A stretch of 58,713 nt of DNA, filler included, from Dimargaris cristalligena (Eukaryota), in assembly GCA_003614675.1 (NCBI GenBank). It is 4 parts of 4 records of this genome, joined end to end, with 100 filler letters (N's around TTAATTAATTAA, not from the genome) between each part and the next. Parts side by side here need not be neighbours in the genome. Positions count along the whole stretch, not along the records: positions 1 to 14,677 come from ML002943.1; 3 more parts are not named here. One strand, 5' to 3'. Of the stretch, positions 1 through 13,143 are shown in pieces. The notes beneath the pieces are model-generated. The model saw only the letters and a program-made list of their open reading frames with translations, was not told the origin of the DNA and searched no databases. Both the position numbers and the translations under genes were made by a program. The stretch's first letter is position 1, and each line of letters starts with the position of its first letter.

Positions 1-3000
1 AAAGCCGGGACTACGCAGTGTAAAGGGTATTGGGGGGAGGAGGAGGCACGAGGCAACTAAATAAGCCCAACCGATAAATATATATAATATAATATAGTGT
101 GTATGTGTGTTTATCGTTCTCGTTATAGGCGGCCGTTGACGGACCAGCTGTCAGGTGGGGCCACAAGTGTAAATGATTGCCAACTACCAAACGGTAGGAC
201 GCACGAGATTATTGATATGGAAGAGTTTTCTTTCCGGCCCGACTGCGGACGGGGAAAATCGAGCAGCGGTAAAACGGATATGTCGATATCCAGGACTTTG
301 TCTGGTAATGAGGCTCTCCACGATTTACGTGCGTATTGTCTTGGGCGCGGCCCGGGTTTTTCCGGTATGCAATACGTGGACTCTGTAGCTAAGGGATATG
401 CGAGGGGAAGCGCTATCCGCAATAGGCGAGTTAACGGAAACCCACCGAAAATGAATTATGGGAGGGTTATTGAACGTCGGGACTAGGGGTAATAATATAT
501 TCGTCAGACAGCCGGGAAGCGGGTTCCAGCTGCGGGTATAAATAGGCAAGGCGTAACGGTAGAAGAGGAAATTATACGTAAGAAGATAAATATGTAACCA
601 GAGATATGCCTACGAGCGATTTAATCATTAAAAAATCCTATGAACGAAGCGGGAAGGAATGGGGAGCAAAGCGCGTGATCAACTGGGGGTCAGGTGGGAG
701 TAATGGTGGCTTCAAACTGCTCTATTTCAGGTGCGGTTGTCGGAGCCATTTATATATCCCCCGACTCCGTTCTTCGTCCTACGTTCCTATGGGGTCCCCT
801 GTGCTACTGATATCAACAACCATACAGCATTCCATACACTGCCGAGATGTACAATAGTCTTCCTCCTCAGTAAAAGAATCCTGCAAAAAAAAAGCAGTAT
901 CCTACAAGATTCGTTTCAAATTGGGCCTATTCTACCAGGGCCTATATCGTAGGATTGCCAGGCACCAACAGACCGAGCTATAATGCGACCGCTCCAAGGT
1001 AATTTACCCCTGCCGTTTTGTTAGCAACCATGCTGGCTTGGGAACGGATGTTTAGTATACCGGCATTCCATTTTGAGAGTCGATTGGAGTCCGCCGAGCT
1101 GGCCTTCTTGCTCATGACACACCGGTTCTGCCTAATTCCTCCCACCGTCACATTCAGGCTTAACGAATACACGCGTCGACTTACATTCGCCTTCTTTATC
1201 TCACCTCAATCAGCCTTATAAATATTCTTGTAGCCTACGGAGCTCCGTCCTATTTTCCAGTTCTTAAACAGCCTCTATTCCCAGATCAACCACTGTCGGC
1301 TGAAATGTCCCCTCTTGCAGTGGTTGCGCATGATGGACCAACACTAATTCATACTCCACTGTGCCCGGGATGCAGCCAGGACGCCATAGCCGACTTCTGG
1401 ATCATTATGGGAGGACTCCTAAGCGGTCTCCCGCTTGGGTATCCAGTCACTCCGTCCAATCCAATCCATTCCAACCCAGCCCTCCCCCCCAACCCTTGAG
1501 TAAAATCATGGCGCCGTGCGATTCCAGGAGTAAACCACCCGCAGGGCTATCGAATAGATGCACTGTATGGTGGGGGAGAAGGTCTATAATAGAATGGGCC
1601 TTTACCACTCGCGCTAAATAAGTCCAATCCCAATATATAGCCGAATTACCGATTGCCGAGTAAGGGGCCCTTCCAATCGAAAACAAAAACCCTCACCACT
1701 TCCTCCTCATTCATACCACGTTTAGCTCTTATTCCAGGCGAGTGGGGCTTATTTCAGACACGCAGCTCTTTACTTAGAGTCAATCGGGTTCTGGAAAAAT
1801 TGCTATAAAAATTTTATCAGCAGTTGGGCATTATTGCATTAGGCGATCGTCCCTCTAGAGCACCATGCAACATGTCCCAGTTTTAACCGAAAATATCCGC
1901 TATTGCAGATACAGTTGTCATATATACTGGTCGACAATACCCAAGGAAAAAAGCAAGCTAAAATGCCTATGCACTTCTCCGTGGCGGATAAAGGCACCCG
2001 GAGATTGTTGACGTATTATTTGAGGCGGCACTATGCTGCCGAAAGACGAAACTAGTGAAAGCAAAGGAGTGTTGCCAGTTTGACCTACCAAGATCCTGCG
2101 TTTCCTAACGAGGGTTTCACTGAACCCGTCACTTAGCTAGTAGTGAAGTCACCCAGAGCAGCCCATTCTATAAAACCCACGCGCCTTTAATGGTTTACGC
2201 CTGCCTTAACTGGTACCTTCAAACTACCCACATGCAATCCCTTTATTTCAATTCGAGTCTGTCCCCAACAGGGAAGTTGGCGACGATGTAGAATTTGAAT
2301 ATCTGGTCAATCGTTTCAATCAATCTGGGCTAATTGGCATGGGCGTGGCTAAATACAGCGACTGTCACTGCTGCCAATCTGCTGAAGCCGTATCCCCTGA
2401 CTCTCTATTCCTTCCCTTTACAAGCCATCTAAACCACCCAGCTTCTCCATTGTGATTTTTAAATTACCCATTTTTTGTTAAGTCGCTAATTTCAAGCGCC
2501 AAGAAAATGCCTACCACCGAGATCTGGATTAGGCGTATTTCGGGTTTTTGGGGTACTGCCTGTTTACAAAATCACTGTAGAGCTACAATAAAGGAGGAAC
2601 TATATTTTATAAGTGTATAGAATTACCGCCGCATGATAGGCAATTTCCTAAAGGCACTTCCAGGATGCTCCACAGCCAGGGGTATTACAGGTATCCCCTG
2701 TTCTGACTACTACGTTGAGCATCCGGCGAGTACAATCAGTATCCTATTGGGATAGTCCGTTGAGGTACTCAAAACCCCCTAGCAATATTTCGCACATTTA
2801 TACCCCCAGCTACTCAAGTCTCATATAGATGTCTACTTATAGTTCCCCTTCAAACTTACATCTTATACCCGCTGGTTCCATCCACTCCTTTTCGTACCCC
2901 ATGCTTAGATGCCTTCCGATATAATGATATACCCCCCTCACTGTTGATATAATCCTGGTGAATGAACATCCCGTGATGAGCGGGTCCCTCTCCAACAAAC

Positions 3001-5095
3001 TCGGGTGCAGCCCTTGAGTGTCTAACCATTGTAGCAATACTGGTGGAAGTTTGACAGAGATTCCTTTTGTCAGCGAAGCCTCCAGGTCTTGAACAGGGGA
3101 AGACATTAACTAGACTGTTAATACTACCGCAGCCCATGGTGTAGGATAGTCCACACTATTAGAACCAGACGCCTTGCCTTGGTCACCCCCCAACCAAGCA
3201 TGATGATACCATACACCCCTTCCTATCGTAGCCCCATGCACCATGCGTACCATTTATCAATCTACCTGGCCGACCCTCACAGTTGATTCGAAACCCGTTT
3301 AGTTTTCATTAGAGTCCCCCGGGTATCAGCGGCTACTTTCTGGTGCTGTCAATACTATTCTTAGGTGTCACTCCCGGTACCACTCCTTCGTAGAAATACC
3401 CCCCTAGGTTATACCTCATTGTCCCTTGGCTTATGATCATTATCTAATCGGGATTCCTCAATTTCATACTCGCTCCCGGTTAGAGTCCTACACTCAGGCT
3501 TCAGTTAATATTGATATGGGAGAGGGCCAATCAGGCTAAATAACAATAAATCCGATAGATAGGACAGGGGTCACTTATTGTAGTACGTATATTCCACCCA
3601 GTTAATCATACACATGCCATTTAGAACTCTATGTCGTTGGGTTGAAATTCATCTATATGATAATTGTAATAAAAATATACCACTATAGCGGCCTGTGATT
3701 CCTTTCCAGATTAAAGACACTAAACGAACTATCCTGGAAATCTTGACATAATTGTTCTAAGCTGGTTATAGTATCTTCATCATACATTCCTCCACCTTTA
3801 GATGTGTGCTATTATCAGGCAAATACCTATCTGTTACCAGCCATCATTCTTGTAAGCACTACACTGTCCAGACAGATGGCAAAACCATAACACAACAAAT
3901 AAGGGTAGCTTTTACCCTGCTTATGAAATCCACCCATGTGTACCAGTGATTTAAAAGTAGTAGGGTTATTCTGAAGAATCAAGGTGACTACTGTGCTGCT
4001 GTGGGTAGCTGGGCCAAGGCCATGTAAGCATTGGCACTAGTTGCTAATCCAAGAAGTAGTCATACTTTGGACAGATTCAAGGTCCCCAGATGATTGACGA
4101 GTTGATTCTATGGGAGCAGCCCAGAGCTGGAAGTGCCATTTTATTTCTTTATATGAACTGATTCTCCTTTCCTTCAGCTTTCCAATTAATTAATATATTT
4201 ATATCTCTGTATATTATTGACAAATTTATAGGCTGTCAAAGTCAATGGTGATTTTAACCCATGACAATTGACCACTTTATATCAATACTTTTATACTATT
4301 GATAATCCTTTTATGAGTGCGGCTTGGGAATAATCAGTCTCCAGTGGATTTCTTCTTGGAATTGTACCATATAACTACATAGCACAAATTATTTTTAGTT
4401 ATATTAATATCTGATATAAAGGAAGTCTAGGAAGACTGTATCTTCCAACCTTCTAACCTCTTATTATTTTACTTCCATATTTTCTATACCTATGACTGTA
4501 GTTTAGCCATTAGGTCAGTTTTTCCCTATCACAGGTTTTTATAACCTATAACTATCACAGTTATTATCTTTAGTTATAGCTATTCAGTTCAGTTAATTTA
4601 TTATATATACCCTATCAGTGTCCTCTTAGTTGAAGGGATAAGTTAATTTTAAGATAAGTGATTTTGTAATTTGTTTTAAAAACTCATTATATTAATAGAG
4701 GGGAAAGAATTTTTTTTCCATAAAAATATATCTTTCCCCAAAGTAGAAAGGAAAAATTTTCATGCAAAATTTTTTTCTCTACCTTTCTCCTTCTTTTATT
4801 TCTTCCTATCATCTGGCCCTATTTTATTATTATATTTTTCCTGTCAAAATTTGTCTCTGCCGTGCTCTTTACACATGTGCATGATGACTTTTCAGTTATT
4901 ATAGACCATGGACTTGTCTATTGTGTGAAATAAGCATTGCCAATAAATAACAAAATGTTGACAGCATCTATTAATGATAATAAGTTATTTTTAATATAAG
5001 CCTCTATTGCTCAGAATAAACATCTATTCTAACTTCACCAGATGACCCAATGATTTCCTTTATACAGTTTTATTTTTACTATTATTCTCACCATT

Positions 5096-5678
5096 TATAA
5101 GACCTTCTAATCTGACTTGATCTGGACACAATGCTGTCCATCTCCATTAGGCCTTATAGCACTATATTAACCTTCCCATGGTCACCCCCAGTACTATGGG
5201 ATCACCCTATAGCATATAACTGTTCCCCTTCTGGACTCCTTGTTTCACACTAATTACTCAAGTGCTGATCCAAAGACTCTTCCAGTTACCATCAGAGTCT
5301 TCCAAGTCCTCATGGCTGTCCAGTTGGCCTATTTATCTTACCCTAGTCTTAGTAGTATCCTTCTCTGGGGACTTCCCTCTGGAGTCATCCCTACCTATAT
5401 ATAACCAGGCTCCACTGGGACCAGTTCAATTCCTTAGCTTATTTCTTACCCCCTAGTTTATCCCAATAAACCATATATATACTCACCTCCCTTATATTGA
5501 CTAGTAAGTGTGCTCACTGCATGTCCCTTGCATATACCTGCATCTAGTAGCCTTTATTAGTTAGTACCATGTCCTAACCTAATGCCAGGACCTGCTTAGC
5601 TGAGCCCAAGCCCCATCTGCTGTTAGAAGCCTATCCTTAGGACTCTTGATGGACTAAGAGTAGTTAACCTAGGTGACA
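5096..5678 (+). mobile_element. Solo LTR, copy A (583 bp), LTR retrotransposon remnant
   Basis: Aligns end to end with the three other copies. Ends ...GGTGACA; 5' end decayed to TATAAGACC. Exact 5-bp TSD CCATT (5091-5095, 5679-5683). Strand is relative orientation only. Confidence 0.88.
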
Positions 5679-6291
5679 CCATTCTTATTTATTTTATTTC
5701 TATATTCTTTTAGTTTGAAGTTTTAGTATCTCTGAGTACTGAGTATTTTATAACATTCTTCTTATCAGCTGATGATGCAATGGCATGCAAGGCAATATCA
5801 TATGATGTAATAGATGAAAGAGAACTTAGAGGTGATTTTCCTAAAGCCACCTTAGTCTCAATCCCCTTGAAACCAATCAAGCCCAGCCCTCTGCATCACT
5901 TGATTAAGAAAGGTGAACCATCTGGAGATAGTAAACTGGAGATTCCTCCCTTTACTAACCCTCCCAGGGACTTTCCAGCAGAGCCCCTCAAAACATTGCC
6001 ATTACAACTACCATGATATAAAGATTACTCTCCAGGATACCTGCCTGCTATTGAATTTATAAAATCATAGCATATCTATTAACTGGATTATAGAAAAATC
6101 AGGCTAATTATTCCACCTAATGTTTGTTGGTGCCAAAAGAAAAAACTGTGAGTAACTTAGTTCACACAACCTAAACTAATTTTATTATAATAGTTTTGGT
6201 ATTTCCAAGTGGATATATTGTTTGAATCCATCACTGAAGGTCAGAAATTGTTTCTCTTCCCATTAGGGGCACAGCATTTGGCAGTGACTAC

Positions 6292-6874
6292 TGTTGGCCC
6301 TCCTAATCCAACTTAATCTGGACTTAAAGATTATCCATCCTTATTAGGCCTTATAGTGGCATATTAACCCTCCCATAGTCACCCCCGGTACTATGGGGTC
6401 ATCATCTATTATATAACCCTTCTCCTTCCCAACCCCAATACTTTGTACCAAAATACTCAACCTACTGATCCAAGACTCTTCCAGTTCCTATGAGAGTCTT
6501 CCAGATACAAAGCTGTCTGGTTGGATTCTTTATCTACCTATACCTTAGTTTTAGTAGCATTTACCTTAGGATCTCCCTCTGGAGCTGTCCCCACATATAT
6601 AACTAGGCTCCACTAGGACTGGTTTAATTCCTTAGCTTATTATTTACCCCCTGGTTTACCTCCATAAACTCTATATACACTCATCCCCCTTGTACTGACT
6701 AGTAAGTGTACCCACTACATGTCCCTTGCATTTACCTACACTTATCCTTTATTAGTTAGTACTGTGCCTATACCTGATGTTAGTAGCCCACTTAGCTAAG
6801 TCTAAGCCCCACCTACCATTAGAAGCCTATCCTTGGGACTCTTGATGGACTAAGAGTGGTTAACCTGGGTGACA
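6292..6874 (+). mobile_element. Solo LTR, copy B (583 bp)
   Basis: TGTTGGCCC...GGGTGACA termini (TG...CA). TSD ACTAC/ACTAT with one C/T mismatch. Homologous to the other copies. Confidence 0.9.
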
Positions 6875-7584
6875 ACTATGCTAATACTTATTTGTGATCT
6901 CCTAAACAGTGGTTAAACAGGTTTTGTTGGGTTTTTTTGAAGCCATTGGTAGTGCATTACAATTCCTGACAGGAAGATTCATCTCTCCAAATGAGGCATC
7001 CAGCAGGTAATAATGAAGAGTCCAGCCATCATGGCTAGTCAGATCATCCTTGGGTGAAAACAGTCTCAAATATCCAAGGAACCTTTCTGCATTATTGCCA
7101 TAAAAACCATGTTTTGTAGAAGCCTCCAGTTAAAATCATTGGCCATAACCCTACCCCAGGATTAGGTGCTGTAGGTAGTACCTTAGGCCATAACATCAAT
7201 TAATTGTACCCAGCCATATTCCAATAACTATTACAATAAAGATTCATTAATTGCACATGCTCATGAAGTCATTCAAATAAGGCAACTAAGGGAACATCAG
7301 AGTATGGTAACCATTCCTTGGCCAAATCCTAATATACATTATCAATGAAGACATTGTTGACCCATTAAGGTATTAAAATAGACTCCCAATTGCAGTCCAC
7401 ATTGAAGTGGTAATTAGGTACTGATGTAGTATCTGATTAATAAATTCGCCAGTAGATATCACTATAAATAGCCAGGCACATTTGCTCCATAACATCCAAA
7501 CATTGGTTTCATAAGCTGGGCGCCATTTCCATCACCACCATTCCCTAGTCACTCTCTTTTTCTCCCCTTGTCTTTCCGCCTTCT

Positions 7585-7611
7585 CCCCCCCCCCCCCCCT
7601 CCCCCCCCCCC
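7585..7611. repeat. Interrupted poly-C tract
   Basis: Two long C runs separated by one T, in a pyrimidine-rich stretch. Confidence 0.9.
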
Positions 7612-8834
7612 TTTTCTCCCTCTGTTAGTTAATGGCCATACCAAGATCTCTCCTTGCTATAGTGCAGGAAGAAATACAATGCAGCTAGCCCCAGCAGTGG
7701 GGTGTCGGGTATCCCTCTTATATTCTAAGGGATTACCCTGTCTTTGACCTCCGTTATAAGCTTATCAAAACTGGCCGGGTTCAGACCAACAACCCAGTCC
7801 TCAGTTGATCAAAAACTAGGGGGGTATCTGCTAAAGTTTAGGTTAAATTTAGCTTATTTCTTGTATTATTGTTTCCACTATATTTGTATATATAAGAAAC
7901 TGCGTGTATTGGGATATAGCACCCTTTTTATACTATGATGCCTATTTATTTAATAAACTATACCAATGGCCCAGTCCATTATTTTAGAAATTAGCATAGG
8001 ATAAAGGTCGGTAATAAGGTGATTGGACCAGATTATTCTGGACAAATATTTTTGTCTGGTTTGATATAAATTATTGAATTGTCAGGCTGAGAGGGCTACA
8101 CTGACTTCTAAAATATTACGTTGAGTTATATATGTCAGTTGGGGTGGTATCCCCAGTGTTTTCTCAGCTAGCTGTACTTTCGATTAGGCTACTTTAAATT
8201 GGTGCCCGTAACTGAAAATCCTCTATACGTCAATTTGCTAATGTCTTTCGGGCGTCTTGATATAAAATGGCCGGTTTTATATATATCCTTCATTGCCCCA
8301 GTGGTGTTATGTATTTAAAGGTTTTGACCAATGTGTTTATTGTCGATAGCGCAGCCCGTAGATGCATATTTCTACCACTTAATGTATTCTAAAAATTTAA
8401 TTTAAATGGCTACTTCTCTGATAACCTCTACCCTCAACCGGTATATACCACGGAATGCACATTATACCGCCGAAAGCCGCACACCCCAACCGGCGGCAGT
8501 TATTTCTGATTGGTTTTGGTGAATTATATCTAAAAGATTACTCGGCGGTGGTCCTTTGCTTTTCGGAATATAGGGCAGGTTTAGTTGCGCGGTTTAATAC
8601 AAAAATTCGCCGACTACCATACACATTAAAATCTAAATCCTACACAGTTGGCCTGAATCTCACCCATATTATCCCCAGGCTAGTAACAGTCTACCCGGCG
8701 GGCTTGAATATAGGAATTTGAGGGATGTAATATTGAAGTAGTCCCATTCCGCTAGCTTGGTGCTTGAGGTTTTCTGAATAGCCAAGGCTAGTATGGTTAA
8801 TACCCTTTCTTGACTGGGATCACTAACCCCGATA

Positions 8835-8980
8835 ATTTGGGAGAGGTTAAACTAGGCTGTATAACGAAAACTCCGTTGGATGGGGCCAATACTAATGGCT
8901 AAATATGAATCCCCGGCCGATTTTCCTATGCATATACCATTTAACCCATATGCTACCCCTTCAGCATTCAGTATGTATTT
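8835..8980 (+). repeat. MITE-like dispersed repeat, degenerate copy
   Basis: GGGAGAGGTTAAACTAGGCTGTATAACGAAAACTCCGTTGGATGGGGCCAATAC matches the copies at 12868, 25892 and 48071. The right end is decayed and boundaries are approximate. Confidence 0.65.
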
Positions 8981-10855
8981 GTTCTTAGCTACCAAGATTA
9001 CTGTAGGGACTACGCTGCGTTTAGTACCAGGATAACCAATACCTACCCGGTAATACTGGAAATATAAATAGATTTATCTCGATCCTATCGGCCGGGCATG
9101 CCACGTCAAGCCGCGGACATATTACTGTTTCGCCGTATTATAAGCATTGCGCTAATTTCCAAAGCTCGATGTTAATAACAACTTTTGGGTCTTGTGAATC
9201 CGGTTCAACAAGTTTTACCATCAGCCGCTTCGCTTGGTTATTTTAGTATATCAAAAACCCGGGTCAGAAAGTTAGTTTAAACTCGATGTTTTGAAGTAAG
9301 TTGTGACTAATCATTTAGAATTCTGATGGGCATTGCCAGGCGCTCTCCCGGATAGAGATTCACATCACCCTCCATTAACCAACTAACTGCTAATCTGTTG
9401 ATGTATCCACCTGCGGGACAGTCACTGAGGCTCACTATAAAACAGGTTTGCCTGTAATATCACTTGCGTGCCTGGCAGAGAAATGGCTTGCCGCCTGATA
9501 TTCACGTCACATATTTTTAATTTAAACCATTTGGTCATATTATTGCCTGCCATAAGGACGGTTAAGGTCTTTAGCTGCACTATACAACCCCACTTTGATT
9601 GCCAATCCCTGGGAGACCCGCTTGCGCCCAGTCAGCCCACGTATGTGTACGAACCTATTTGTCCTTGATATGCCTAAATATATAGGATAGAGCGATCATT
9701 TACCTTGACGGTTCGTCCAAAGAGAAAGTGACCCGATAAACGAACGCTAAACGTTAAATGTCACTCGAAAAAAACAGTACGTGGTCATGGATACACAGGC
9801 CATGCACTGTGACAGCGGATATATGAGTCGTGTTAGGAATTCGCTATAGCCGATGTTCAGCTACCCTCTCCGGAGGGACTGTAGAATAGTACTGTACAGT
9901 TAATTGGCCGGACAGCTGTCTTGGCATATGTAGCGGTCACCTGAACCGCCCAGCATTGAAGTGCGTATATTTTCCCCTTTTAATACCACTACCACTACCA
10001 GTGGCCCAATATTTCTCCTGCAACCGCCACCGTTTTTGGTGAACCAGAATAGCTGCGACCCTGGCATTGATGACATCTCTCCGGTTCCAGGGGCCAGGCA
10101 TTCTCGACCGATTGACCTTGGTCATACCTCTCTATCTGGCCACTTCAAAGGCCAATTTCAAGCCAACTTTCATGCGTGTGACCCTTATCATAAGCTTGCC
10201 TGCCTCGGACCAGGGTCTGGGCGCCTTCCACGCATTTGCTATGCCAATGAATTCCTTTATAGACCCCATTACCTACCCCTCTCCTCCTCCCGCAAACTTC
10301 TAATACTCATCTATAAATTATCCGCGTATATACGTTGAATATAAACACCTCTACCTTCTCCATAAACCCTGCCGTGCAGTTTACTTGTATAGTTTTTTTC
10401 CCATTTTCAGTAACAGCCCCGTACTTGTAAGTTACCGCCCCAGAAAGGCCTGGGGACATCATTTAATTTTTAGACAAGGGCGTGCCGAAAACTGGTTGGC
10501 TTTGAATAGTCACCAGGTAGCTCATTTTTACTTTGGTCTATATGTACTGGCAATAGTGATTTGCTTATGTACCTGCTACACTTTTATCTTATCCGGGATG
10601 TCACTTACTAGTGGTTAAATGCCAATAATAAGCCGCTGTCACACTTGAAAGTTGGGCATAATATAAAATCATAGACACAATATACGAGGCCGTAGGCCGT
10701 TCGAGTCCCTTTTTTTAATGCCTGTTCTTTTGAATATCCAGCTTATCTTTAGTAGTTGGTTAAGTATTTATATTACCTCGATTGCCATTAGCAATACTGA
10801 CACTGTGTCTGAATGCAATAACGTAATGTATGTTTTACCATCCAGTTAGTTCAAG

Positions 10856-12133
10856 ATGACCCAGTCGTACATCCCGGCGCCCTGGAGAACCCAACTTGAT
10901 GCCACCCTGGCCAAGAATATCGAGAAGGCACCGGATCCATGTAAGTTTTAGCTTCCAATTAAGTTACGTATATATATGTATGTATATAAATAGACGTTGG
11001 CGGAGACAGAGACGGTTCACGAGTGCTAATGTTCCGCAACTTAGAACCTCTCGTTACTTACCATTAGTTATGGTCAGTGTCCTGCAAATGTCCACTGTCA
11101 CCACCGATGGACGTCCGGCCAACCGCACTATTGGGCATTTCGGTTATGTCGGGGAAAAGCCGGTACATGCGACCCTACCTGCTTATATTGAAGCGCAGGC
11201 TGACACTGACCCCGACGAAAAGACTGCCCAAATCAAAAGCCTGGCGGCGCTGGGGAAGTACCGGTCCGACATTTTCGTTTTGGAAACCCACATGAAAACC
11301 AAGAAAGTGGCCCAAATCCAGGAGAATTCCGCCGTGGAGTTGTGTTGGTAAGTTACTTGGCCTTCCCTTAGTAATTGGGTGGCAATAGAGCAGTATTTGA
11401 AAAGTCTGGGTTGGTATAGTCGAATCAAGGGAGGGGAGTTCACGGCTTTATTCATATGTATTTTAGATTTGGTCTTATTCCCTTCCGATATTCGTCGTAT
11501 TAATTCTTTGGTCATTTGTTTTATAATGCTCATACCTCATTGAACTGGGTGGGGGGACATGGTGACTAATGGTAATTCAGGTATTTCCCGTATACCGGCG
11601 AACAATACCGCTTGCGGGGAAACATGCACCTTCTCAGCAGCCCTAGTCAGGCCGGGTCGAAAGAGCGTCACCGTATTTTAGATGAGCAACTCCGCCCGTT
11701 CTGCCACCCGGTCGACGAAGATGTTTCCCCAATCCCCTTTGACTGGGAAACCCTCCGCCTCAACCGGCTCTTCAACGAACCCATCGCATTCCGCTCCTGG
11801 TACACCTGGGACTACAATGGTCAACGCCTGGAAACGCTGTCCGAAGCTGAGCGTGCCCGGGCGGTGGGGCAGATGCTGGATTGCCCTTACTTGGGGGAGA
11901 TTCCGACCCGATCCCCCGAGGAGGGCGGCGGCCTGGATACTCAGTCGAAGGAGTTTGGCCAAACCCAGCACGCGCTGGCTAATTTTGCGTTGGGTCTCCT
12001 TCAGGTGGAAGAGGTGGAATACTTTAATAATAATCCAGCAACCTTCGGTCGGATCGTTTACGTCCGTCAACCCAAGGACCAGGGCAATCAGCCAGGTCAT
12101 TCGGAGTGGGCCAAGCAGACTATGATTCCCTAA
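10856..12133 (+). CDS. Pyridoxamine 5'-phosphate oxidase-like FMN-binding split-barrel protein (Alr4036/Pyridox_oxase_2 type); exons 10856-10940, 11068-11347, 11581-12133
   Basis: Two GTAAGT...AG introns join in frame. Motifs APWR, LQMSTV..DGRPANRT, AVELCWYFPYTGEQYRLRG and NFALGLLQVEEVE. Confidence 0.85.
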
Positions 12134-12867
12134 GCCACCATTACTCCAGATTAGCTTGCATATTTTCATTGACAAGTAGAGAATTTCTCAGTGGGTGAAT
12201 GCTTGGGTACTCTATATCCATCACTTTTCACTTTCTTCTTCCTTCTGGTCAATTAGGCCGTACTCGAACACGGTTTAAACTATATTAAATTCGGTGGATT
12301 TCCCCTAATACACCGGGATGGGAAAGGGACATTCTGGCTATATAGCTAAAATTCCGTTTGATAAGGGAGATGTTCCTGGTTTAAAAATATCGACCTCGCC
12401 TAGTTTCACATTTGCCTATCATTTCAAATTCCATACAGTAGAATTAAATGTTGCCCATATCGTAAACTACATCACAAGGCGGTATAGGGAGATAGTTAAT
12501 GAACAAGTGTCTATTGGTGGGCTTGACGCATGAAGACGTCCCTCTATTCCCAACCATCGGTCTAGATAGAGGAAGACATACAGCTCGGTTTGGATTATTC
12601 CTATACCTTGCACTGTTAAGCATGTTGTGGCCATGGGCAATACCTAGTGGTAAGTGTGGGGGTATACGAAGATATGAGTGTCAGTTAGGGGAAATCCACC
12701 TTTCTCCCCATCAGGAAAACAGCCTAGTGAAGAGGCAATAGGGAAATTATTGGAAAGTTACACCAAAATCCCAGTCATCAATTCTTGGAAGTGCATTAGT
12801 TTTGGCCGTTTTAAAATAGCCAAATGGGGTACTGATGGTCAACTGCCAAGCACCGCATCTGACTAGT

Positions 12868-13011
12868 AGATGGATGAAATTCAAACCAGCTGTATAAGGT
12901 TTTACAATATACGTGTATGGGCAAATATATGTGAGAATAGCTTTTAACCAGTAATATTGGCCCCATCCAGCGGATTTTTCATTATACAGCCTGAATGAAC
13001 TTCTCCCAGAT
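12868..13011 (-). repeat. MITE-like dispersed repeat (~145 bp)
   Basis: Reverse-complement match to 25892-26035. Imperfect terminal inverted repeats with core GCTGTATAA...TTATACAGC. Confidence 0.8.
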
Positions 13012-13143
13012 TGACTAACTACCATACTCTCTCCCTTTCATTTCCTTTATCAATCTCTTGTTGTGTAACTTGGGCTCAATAAAGAGGCAGGTGGCTGGAG
13101 ACCTTTGTGCAGTGGCTATACCTAGATGAAGAGATTCACTACT

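Noticed and set aside
97-1686. Cluster of short overlapping ORFs at the window start
   Set aside because: No recognisable motifs or coding-like codon bias; looks intergenic or like UTR.
1963-2030. Ankyrin-like fragment (MPMHFSVADKG / HPEIVDVLFEAA)
   Set aside because: Needs a frameshift, is a single repeat with off spacing, and has no supporting ORF; could be chance.
5096-6874. LTR A + 613 bp + LTR B as one TRIM-like element
   Set aside because: Each LTR has its own distinct TSD, so they are independent solo LTRs.
6880-7530. Stop-riddled protein-like minus-strand frames in the CpG-poor domain
   Set aside because: Possibly a decayed gene or transposon, but no family could be recognised.
9937-10338. 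Overlapping ORFs of 62-125 aa
   Set aside because: No motif, and no convincing start or splice structure.
10690-10716. Functional tRNA gene at GTTCGAGTCC
   Set aside because: T-stem and acceptor stem do not pair; kept only as a low-interest relic.
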